DNA from: Chiloscyllium plagiosum
Lineage: Eukaryota
DNA length: 64,000 nucleotides
Assembly: GCF_004010195.1 (NCBI RefSeq)
Contig: NC_057719.1
Location: 67,719,705 to 67,783,704, forward strand
Direction of reading: 5' to 3'
A program made the position numbers and the translations under genes. Positions 52,699 to 61,592 of the stretch are shown one piece after another (positions within the stretch are counted from its first letter, which is position 1; every line of letters begins with the position of its first letter). The notes beneath the pieces are model-generated. The model did not search any database, was not told where the DNA came from, and saw only the letters and a list, made by a program, of their open reading frames with translations.

Positions 52699-53089
52699 AC
52701 AATAATATTTAACCAGTAGCACATATGTGCCCTCAGTATATTTTCTTCTTCCTCTCCTTCCCACTATGTCTTCTGCAGCTAGGGTAGAGATAACCTACCC
52801 TGTTGACTTGGAGGATTGGCAGTGGTACCCTGGTGCTTTTGAGCCCAGAGGGTCCAGATCTATTGAGATTGTCTTGCCCAGATGCTGACTCACTCTCCTT
52901 GGCTTGAACTGCAGCAAGCTTTGGAATCGTAGGCAGAGGAGGTGGAGGGACAGAGCACCCATGGAATGAGAAGAAGCTTCTGGGTGCCCATGTGTGGGTC
53001 CTACCTCTGGGTGCCTACTGGCATCACCCTGGCTCCGAGAGGGAGGAGCATTTGGAGTGAGATTAAGGTGACTAGTATTTATTGCTCAA

Positions 53090-53190
53090 ACACGATGTTG
53101 TGGATCTGGAGTCACATGTCAGCCAGAGCATATAAAGGTGGCAGATTTCCTTCCCTAAAGTAGGTTAGTGAGCTAGATGGGTTTTTCCAA
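53090..53190 (-). mobile_element. SINE body fragment
   Basis: GGATCTGGAGTCACATG...GGCAGATTTCCTTCCCTAAAG...AGATGGGTTTTT resembles a common shark SINE (from memory). Confidence 0.5.
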
Positions 53191-53657
53191 GGCAAAATAT
53201 TTTTTCTTAAATCTACATTTCGCCTGAGAGGAAATCTGACCATTGAGAACAAATCTTAATAGAACAAAAACCACAAAAATTTAGTGTTTGATGAAATGCT
53301 GTTTGACCAGCTTACTGATACTCAGTCAGGCATTTCCTGAACAAAATAGCATCATGCAGCATTAAGTGTGGCTGTAACCACAACACCTACATAGATGGTA
53401 AATTGAGAATGGCCAATGGCACGCGTTTGTCTTTCTTGAGTTGATCTTGCAGTGACAAGATTGCAATGTGAGTGTACTTCATCCAGTTATAATCTGAAAT
53501 CTGGAGTTTTAAGGCTCTTATTGAATGTGTTTTCCAATATGAATGGAATCTATGTTCCATAACAGGTATATCTGAGGAACAGCATTCAGCCCATCATACT
53601 TCATTGTTCTAGAAAGATGCTTTATCATTCATTCTCTCATTCATTATTCCAATTGTT

Positions 53658-53793
53658 TAGAGTCACATTGTCATACAACACGGAAACAGACCTTTCCTAT
53701 TCATATATATGTCCAAATATCTTTTAAATGCTGTAACTGTATCTGCATCTACCACTTCCTCTGGCTGTTCATTCCATATATGCACCACCCTCT
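53658..53793 (-). mobile_element. CR1 3' fragment with an internal deletion
   Basis: QRVVHIWNEQPEEVVDADTVTAFKRYLDIYMNRKG is joined directly to the terminal GGTCTGTTTCCGTG. Confidence 0.85.
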
Positions 53794-53882
53794 GCCAGGT
53801 GGGATTTGAACCTGGGTCCCCAGGACAATACTGGACCTCTGGATTAATAGGAAATTTTTGCATCAGTCAAGTTAAGAAATGT

Positions 53883-53969
53883 GGGCTCGTCCAGGATTTG
53901 AACCTGGGATCTCTCGCAAGTTTGCATAGAAGACCCAAAGCAAGAATCATACCCCCAGACCAACGAGCC
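53883..53969 (-). tRNA. tRNA-Pro(TGG) with a 15-nt intron (53919-53933) at canonical position 37/38; probably a retroposed pseudogene
   Basis: GGCTCGTTGGTCTGGGGGTATGATTCTTGCTT-TGG-G[TCTTCTATGCAAACT]TGCGAGAGATCCCAGGTTCAAATCCTGGACGAGCCC. The 72-nt exon sequence differs from the vertebrate tRNA-Pro as I recall it at 5 positions, including invariant A14>G. No encoded CCA and no T4 terminator. Confidence 0.92.
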
Positions 53970-53976
53970 ACATGAT

Positions 53977-54053
53977 TGCCTGAAATATCGATTTTTCTGC
54001 TCTTCGGATGCTGCCTGACCTGCTGTGCTTTTCCATCACCAATCTAACCTAGA
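53977..54053 (+). mobile_element. Penelope-like terminal fragment fused to the tRNA-Pro copy
   Basis: TGCCTGAAATATCGATTTTTCTGCTCTTCGGATGCTGCCTGACCTGCTGTGCTTTTCCA...CTAGA is homologous to the arms at 20155-20235 and 52625-52700. Confidence 0.9.
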
Positions 54054-55358
54054 CTCTGGATTAATAGTCTAGTGAACAAAGAACAAAGAACAAAGAACAT
54101 TACAGCACAGGAACAGGTCCTTTGGCCCTCCAAGCCTGCGCTGATCCATATCCTCTATCTAAATCACCTGTCTATTTTCTAAGCATCTGTATCCCTTTGC
54201 TCCCTGCCCAATCATGAAACTGTCTCGATACATCTTAATTGACGCATCCCTTCCCGTCCCTACCACCTTTGTTGGCAACGCATTCCAGGTACCTACCACC
54301 CTCTGCGTGAAGGACTTTCCACGTATATCTCCCCTAAACTTTTCCCCTCTCACTTTGAACTCATGACCCCTAGTAATTGAGTCCTCCACTCTGGGAAAAA
54401 GTTTCTTGCTATCCACCTTATCTACACCTCTCATGATTTTGTAGTCCTCAATCAGGTGCCCCATCAATTGCCTTCTTTCCAATGAAAATAATCCTAATCT
54501 ACTCAACCTCTCCTCATAGCCAGCACCCTCCATACCGGGCAACGTCCTGGTGAACCTCCTCTGCACCATCTCCAAAGCATCCACATTGTTTTGGTAATGC
54601 GGTGACCTGAACTGTACACTGCATTCCAAATGTGGCCGAACCAAAGTCTTGTACAGTTGTAACATGACCTGCCAACTCTTGTACTCATTACTCTGGCCGA
54701 TGAAGGAAAGCATGTCGTATGCCTTCTTAACTGCTCTATTGACCTGTGTTGCCACCTTAAGGGGACAATGGACCTGAACACCCAGATCTCTCTGTACATC
54801 AATTTTCCTCAGGTCTTTTCCATTTACTGTATAGTTCGCTCTGGAATTGCATCTTCCAACATTCATCACCTCGCATTTGTCCAGATTGAACTCCATCTGC
54901 CATTTCTCTGCCCAACTCTCCAATCTATCCACAATATTCTCTGACAGTCCCCTTCACTATCTGCTACTCCACCAATCTTACTCTCATCTGTAAACTTGCT
55001 AATGAGGCAACCTACACCTTTCTCCAAATCATTTATGTATATCACAAACAACAGTGGTCCCAGCACGGATCCCTGTGGAACACCACTGGTCAAGGGTCTC
55101 CATTTTGAGAAGCTCCCTTCCACAACAACTCTCTGTCTCCTGTTGCACAACCAGTTCTCTATCCATCTACCTAGAGCACCCTGGACCCCATGCAACTTCA
55201 CCTTCTTCATCAGTCTACCATGGGAAACCTTTAATTGCCTTACTGAAGTCCATGTAGATGACATCCACATCCCTTCCTTCATCAAGCAACTTTGTCACCT
55301 CTTCAAAGACTTCTATTAGGTTTGTAAAACATGACCTTCCCTGCACAAACCATGCTGC

Positions 55359-55906
55359 TGTGGTTCTGTTCGCCGAGCTGGAAGTTTTTGTTGCAAACGT
55401 TTCGTCCCCTGTCTAGGTGACATCCTCAGTGCTTGGGAGCCTCCTGTGAAGCACTTCTGTGGTGTTTCCTCCGGCATTTATAGTGGCCTGTTCCTGCCGC
55501 TTCCGGTTGTCAGTTTCAGCTGTCCGCTGTAGTGGCCGGTATATTGGGTCCAAGTCGATGTGTTTGTTGATGGAGTTTGTGGATGAGTGCCATGCTTCTA
55601 AGAATTCCCTGGCTGTTCTTTGTTTCGCTTGCCCTATAATGGTAGTGCTGTCCCAGTCAAATTCATGTTGCTGGTTTGTGTGCTGTTATAAGTCCTAGTG
55701 GTCGCAGTAGTCTGGCTGTCATTTCAGAGATGTTCTTGATGTATGGTAGTGTGGCTAGTGCTTTGGGTTGCGGCATGTCCTCGTTCCGTTGTCTTTCCCT
55801 TAGGGACCTAGACAGGGGACGAAACGTTTGCAACAAAAACTTCCAGCTCGGCGAACAGAACCACAGCAACGAGTACCCGAGCTACAAATCTTCTCACAAA
55901 TTTTGA
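55359..55906 (-). mobile_element. Penelope element (second family): internally deleted ORF end plus inverted terminal repeat
   Basis: 14-bp TSD ACAAACCATGCTGC at 55345-55358 and 55907-55920. Minus strand LATLPYIKNISEMTARLLRPLGLITAHKP is joined to HEFDWDSTTIIGQAKQRTAREFLEAWHS...INKHIDLDPIY (GIY-YIG C-terminus). 55806-55865 is the inverse of 55359-55418. Confidence 0.95.
55396..55429 (-). ncRNA. Minimal hammerhead ribozyme core of the second PLE family
   Basis: GCA-CUGAGGA-U-GUCACCU(AGAC)AGGGGAC-GAAACGUU-UGC: 3-bp stem I (GCA/UGC), stem II and palindromic ACGU. Confidence 0.65.
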
Positions 55907-56689
55907 ACAAACCATGCTGCCTATCACTGATAAGCCCATTTTCTTCCAAATGGGTATGTATCCTATCCCTTAGTATCTCCTCCAGTAGCTTCCCAACCAC
56001 TGTCATCAGACGTAATTACCTGGATTATCCCTGTTACACTTCTTAAACAAGGGGACAACTTTAGCAATTCTCCAGTTCTCAGGGACCTCCCCCCGTTTTC
56101 AAGGATGCTGCAAAAATATCTGTTAAAGCCTCAGCTACTGATAGGACAACACAATAAAGAGAACATTGGAGAAATTGTCAATAGTTCATTCCTGTTTACC
56201 CCATACCCCTGGCACACCTGCCTGTTGTTCCCAGGCCCAACTCTGCTGGTTGACAATGTGATTATTGTCCAAAGACAGAGGCCGATCTAATGCCTGGGGA
56301 GAACAAATGTTTCGTTTCCTGAGTACCAGAGACCTGTGGTGTTTCTACCTCGACCAGCTATGGAGCTGTGTCACTGATCATCAGATTGTACTTCCGAGTC
56401 TGATGTAAGTAATAAACTCACTGAGGAAAAGGTCTGTGAGCTGCTGAGTTGTACAGATGAAAGTCTTGCCCGTGCATTTTCTCAGGACTCAATGGCTCCT
56501 TCTCAGTGATGGAAATGGAGCTGAGGGTCTCTGTCATTGGCCTCTTCCTTATGGAGGTTGCTTGGGTGCTTCTTCTACCTGTACAAGTGAAGTAGTTTGC
56601 TGGAGAATATATGTAAAACCTCATGCAGAATAAGGTTAAGTTAGCACTGGTAATTATGACAAAATAGGACTCTCAGGGTGAGTTGCCTA

Positions 56690-56835
56690 GCGGTGTCTCC
56701 CCATCACCATGAGCAGTCCTTTCCACCTCAGCCAACCTGACTGTCATCTCCTCATGAGGAGTGAGGCCTGATGTCTGGCAACCTCCCTCTCATGCTCCCA
56801 CTGCCTATGTTGGACCTCTCAGCTATCCCTGCAGT
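56690..56835 (-). mobile_element. Possible remnant of the Harbinger Myb/SANT-like second gene
   Basis: Minus strand reads ...GGCQTSGLTPHEEMTVRLAE, resembling the TGGG...LTPxEE tail of Myb/SANT-like proteins. Convergent with the transposase at 50200-51500. Confidence 0.4.
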
Positions 56836-57574
56836 GAGACAAAGGGAAGGATTGCACATAATGAAAGTGAGTGCAAGGGCAGTTAGTTTTCATGCATGAA
56901 AGATAGTGAGGTTTACCCAGTGATTAAGTAGGAAATGCAGAAGACAGGAGGGTTAGTAGTTGCAGAGGATGTGATAGGTGGAAGCACTTGAGTAGACATG
57001 AGGCATGTGATATTGTCTTTGATCATTGGTGAGAGTTATGTACAATGGCAGTTTTCAAGTTAGTAATGGCTTTTTGGATATGAGGTAGCAAAGATGATGC
57101 CACTTATCCTAGCACAATTAATAAGATAGAATGTCTCAAGTGATTCCAACACTATAAAGGAAAGCAGTTAATAATAAAAACAGCCAAAAGACTGTGAAGA
57201 GATCCACAGGCTTTGGTTTATAAAGGTTTGAAGATAATGTTTTTTCAAGACTTTTCTGGGGCCATAATTAAGAAAAGGAAAACTTTTGATGATGTAATGA
57301 AAATGTAAGAGACTTAAATATTCAATATTCTCTGAGGTACCCAGCAGTGCTACGTTTTAATTAAGGGGGATCTGTCTACAACTTCAATTCGGCAGAAAAA
57401 GTAAGAAACAGAAATTCAGACTGTAGGAGTGAACAACGCAGTCTGAGAATTATTCACATTTGATAAAGCATATGTATTTTGATTAAAAGCACTTAACATT
57501 GACATCGTTCACATTTACATTGGTTGAGTAAGATCTCAGATTTCAGTTACTCAGGAAGGAGGGATGTTTTGAAA

Positions 57575-58058
57575 CTTGAAAGGGTTCAGAAAAGATTTAC
57601 AAGGATGTTGCCAGGTTGAAGGATTTGAGCTGAGGGAGATGCTGAATAGGTTGGGGTTGTTTTCCCTGGACCGTCGAAGGCTGAGGGTGACCTCAGAGAT
57701 TTATAAAATCATAAGGCGCATGGATGGGATGAATAGACAAGGTCTTTTCCTTGGGGTGGGGAGTCCAGAACCAGAAGGCATAGGTGTAAGGTGAGAGGGG
57801 AAAGGTATAAAAAGGACCTAAGGGGCAACTTTTTCACACAGAGGGTAGTACGTGTATGGAATGAGCTGCCAGAGGAAGTGGTGGAAGCTGGTACAGTTGC
57901 AATATTTAAAAGGCTTCTGGATGGGTATATGAATGGGAAGGGTTTAGAGGGATATGGGCCGGGTGCTGGCAAATGGGACTAGATTAAGTTGGGATATCTG
58001 GGCAGCATGGACTAGATGGACTGAAGAGTCTGTTTCCATGCTGTACATTCCTATTCTA
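57575..58058 (+). mobile_element. CR1 3' fragment
   Basis: Translation RGERYKKDLRGNFFTQRVVRVWNELPEEVVEAG...GLEGYGPGAGKWD. Confidence 0.92.
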
Positions 58059-58306
58059 TAACCTTGGTCGATTTAAATAGAAACAATGTTCAAGCTCATG
58101 AAGAAAAGGCAGGAAGTTGAAATTAAGCCAGAAGGCTCAGAGAGCCAAATCAGACTTGATCAGCCAAACACCCTTCTTCTGCACTGATTCCACCAAGTCT
58201 CCAACACAAAGTTGTCCACAAGAAAAATCCTGTCCTCTTCTTTCAACAAAAGCAAATTCCTGCAGATTCTGAAAATCTGAAATAAAAGCAGAAATTGCAG
58301 GCAATA

Positions 58307-58460
58307 TTTGATTTGATTCCATTTGATTTATTACTGTCACATGTATCAAGGTACAGTAAAAAGTATTGTCTTATGTGCTTTACAGATAAATCGTACTATT
58401 CAAGTGCATCAGGCTAACAGAACAGAGTGCAGGATATAATGTTACAGCTGCTGAGAGAGA
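58307..58460 (-). mobile_element. Rex1/Babar-like 3' tail
   Basis: TTTGATTTGATT...TTTATTACTGTCACATGTA matches 12381-12430. Confidence 0.75.
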
Positions 58461-58469
58461 TTTTTTTTA

Positions 58470-58781
58470 AAGATTAGATTAGATTCCCTACAGTGTGAAT
58501 CAAGCCTTTCAGCCCAACAAGTCCACACTGATCCTCCGAAGAGTAGCCCACTCAGACTCACTTCCCTCTGACTAATGCACCTAACACTACGGGCAATTTA
58601 GCATGGCCAGTTCACCTGACCTGCACATCTTTGGATTGTGGGAGGAAACCGGAGCACCCAGAGGAAACCCATGCAGACGGGGGGAGAATGTGCAAACTCC
58701 ACACAGACAGTTGCCCAAGGCTGGAATCAAACCTGGCGCCCCAGTGCTGTGAGGTAGCAGTGCTAACCACTGAGCCACCGT
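58470..58781 (-). mobile_element. HE1-like SINE, near full length
   Basis: CACGGTGGCTCAGTGGTTAGCACTGCTACCTCACAGC head, full body and (AATCT)n tail. (TGATC)4 microsatellite next to the head. Confidence 0.93.
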
Positions 58782-61211
58782 GATCTGATCTGATCTGATC
58801 AACATTAACAGTACAGAGGTCCACTCAAAAGTCTCATCACAGATCTGGCACCATTTTGAAGAGAAAAACAGAGTAAACATTTAATATATATTAGACTTGA
58901 AATATTAACTCTGATTCTCTCCTCAAAGATGCTGCCAAACCTGCTGAACCTTTTCTAGCCCTTTATGTTTTTATTCCACTCCTCTCACATTGGTAAACAT
59001 TGCTCATCTTCAACATTTGTTGCGCTATTTTCCTCAAGTTTTAAAACCACTTGGCAAGGCAGTAGTCAAAAAGAGGAGGATGGGACTTTGGGGCTTCGAA
59101 ATATATCTATGATCATACATAAAAGTGACATTTTGGTACACTTTATGCAACGAAAGGTCCTTTCTCTTCCTTTCCCTAATACCCCTTGATGATGTTACCT
59201 CAATGGCTACAGCCAAGCAAGAGGCAAGCTGTTTGTTCTCCTCTGACTGCACAGTGGCATACGACTGACATCCTCTATTATCTGGAGCCCATGAGCACAT
59301 TGCTAAAGACTGTCCCATTTGCACCTGAGACAGGACAAGCAGCCATCAGGCGAGAAGGAAGAATGTGGGACTCAAGATGAGATTTGGCAGGGACAGGGGT
59401 GTGGGTGATTGATGGGGATCACAAGTCAAGAAGAGTGGAAGCGCTTTGATGAGGGTCCTAACTTCCATGCTCGCCATCTCCATCTTCCCTCTCATGGTCT
59501 ACTTGTGCTTCCCTACTAGCTCTGAGCAGTAGTACTACACTTCGATGAGATGCTGAAAAGTGACTTACGTATGGCATCAGTACAAAGGCCTGAGTTGTCA
59601 TGGCACAGATAGTAGAAATGGACTATTCTAACCTCTCTTCAATTGTGCACACTGCCTCAGGAAATGCTGATCAATATTTCATTAGTGCTCTTGTTCCACC
59701 AGAATAATTATCTTCATTGATTCCCATTACTCAGCATCCAAATCAGGTTGAGCAGATCTTCGAGTGCCTTTCACCTTCTTATAGGGACTTGTCAATGCTT
59801 TCTCTGTATCCACCAGCTGTTTCTGCTGACTTATGATCTGTGACTGCCCAACAATCTGGGTCTGGGTATGTGTATATGAACTGTTGGAGGAAACATGTGA
59901 GTTGTGTGACAACGCTGTGTGGAATGTTCTGAGGACTCTTCATCCTCCTCCTGAGCTGGGTCTCGATAGACACTTTCAGATAAGAAATAAAACTGATAAA
60001 GTGTTTAGTTTGCTTGTTGACATCAAGTCAACATGAGTCAGCGTGGATAAGTGAAATCCCATTCTACCAACAGGTAGCCTGAAGACCGTCATCTCTCCAC
60101 TGCCAGGGGTCAGGCACTCTGCAACTCTGATGCTTGCCACCTTGGTCAGGGTGGATGACCATCCCTGAAATTCTGTGCTTTCCTTCAATACTTACTGGAG
60201 AAGAGGAGAATTGTGAGAAGCAAGAATCTCAACGTGCAGTATGGAATGACAAGAGATGGCTCAGAGAACTAGGGGCTAGGATTCGGGAATCATCCCTGTA
60301 ATAACTGCTTGCTTTTTTGTAGTTTAGAATGCCTCTCTTCTTGTTTAAGATCTCTTTGTCAAGTGAAACTTCAACAGTAAAACGCAAATTGTCATTAACG
60401 TGCTTGTTCTACTCTGTCGGGAAACCTGGAAATGGAATGCTAATCCCATGGTTTGGTGAAAAAGTCAATGAAGAAAACATTTCTCAAACATCCAGGTTCC
60501 CTTCCCGCCCCATGGAAAGCCATTCAAGGTATTAGCATTCAGCCCATTATCTTTGTCTCATGTCTTGTCAGTGAAAAACATCCTCAGATTTGACACAGTT
60601 CTAAAAAAGACAGCAGATGGGTTGATGAATTTAATTGGAGTTCTGAACGAAATTCCGCATCAAAAGGATTCCTATTCAGCAGATATTTTAACGTGAGAAG
60701 ATTTTTTTTTACTGCTACATCATTCTGAAACCACCCAATTGAATAAATTAAGTTTTTTTTTAATTGTACGATTGTTTGAGAAGTGACTGTCTAAAATGCA
60801 TCACAAGTTCAACATTTTTACATTCACTCCTCCTCAAATAATTCAAGGTAGAAGACCTGCCCAAAAACGTATAAATTTCATGGGATGTCTTAGCCTCCTC
60901 TGAAGAAAGCCATTGGAATTGTGGGTTGGGACTATTGGTGATGATAAAAGGCTTCCAAATAGTTTGCATAAAATTAGAAATTGGTGTGAATCTAATTTTC
61001 TCAGCAAGTCAGCAATGCAATAAAAATACTTTTAAGAAAGATTTCAAGAATAAATGTTAATAGCTAAAACAGATGTACTGGAGTGGGGACAGATGTTAGC
61101 ATGTTAACAATGTGAAAGTTGACTGTCTCCCTGTCTTCATGTATCTAGCTCAGAGATTAATGGAGGTAGACAACCAGTCTGCACGCAGGACGCATATCAG
61201 CAATGTCAATA

Positions 61212-61592
61212 CAGAGGAACCTTGATTATCCGAATATCAATTATCCGAATTTCAGATTATCTGAAGAAGATCTCAAGATCCCAATAGAAACATTATATCA
61301 AAGAGGTTTTTTAACACTGATCTCATCTTTTGTTTACAATGATTAAAATTAAACCCAGCTTACTGAAATGTTGCTGAGGATGGCTTCAGCAGTACTGCAG
61401 GTCCCTTACACTTTGTTTCTCCTCAGAAACAAACCTTGAGACAGAGGCAGGGAGCAAGGCAGGCAGAGCAAGGAAAAAAGAAACTTCAGAAAACTCTGAG
61501 CCCCAGAGGAGAGGCATTGAATCAATTAACCAAATAATCAATTATCTGAACAAAATAGTGCCCACCCATCTCAGATAATCGAGGTTCCTCTG
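61212..61592. mobile_element. Tc1/mariner (pogo/Tigger-like) MITE, 381 bp
   Basis: TIRs CAGAGGAACCTTGATTATCCGA / TCAGATAATCGAGGTTCCTCTG, TA on both sides (61210-61211, 61593-61594), and subterminal ATTATCCGAA repeats. Confidence 0.9.

Larger units (their letters stand above)
53792..54075 (-). mobile_element. tRNA-derived SINE head, split by the tRNA-Pro/PLE insertion
   Basis: GGTGGGATTTGAACCTGGGTCCCCAG (B box on minus) ...CTCTGGATTAATAG, resuming as CTCTGGATTAATAGTCTAGTGA at 54054. Confidence 0.7.
54074..56135 (-). mobile_element. CR1 LINE, 5'-truncated RT pseudogene, interrupted by a Penelope element
   Basis: VVGKLLEEILRDRI, SGVPQGSVLGPLLFVIYINDL, KFTDESK (DD motif altered) and a 257-aa C-terminal ORF (54159-54932). 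(TTCTTTG)n tail. Confidence 0.97.

Noticed and set aside
52525..52700. Hairpin as a pre-miRNA or MITE
   Set aside because: The arms are PLE terminal sequence, arm lengths differ between copies, and the TSDs are long; this fits PLE inversion better.
54159..54932. 257-aa ORF as a functional gene
   Set aside because: It is the C-terminal part of a frameshifted, 5'-truncated, interrupted CR1 ORF2.
58700..58781. SINE heads (also 6630-6692, 7195-7260, 39873-39945) as tRNA genes
   Set aside because: A/B boxes run into SINE bodies and no complete cloverleaf forms.
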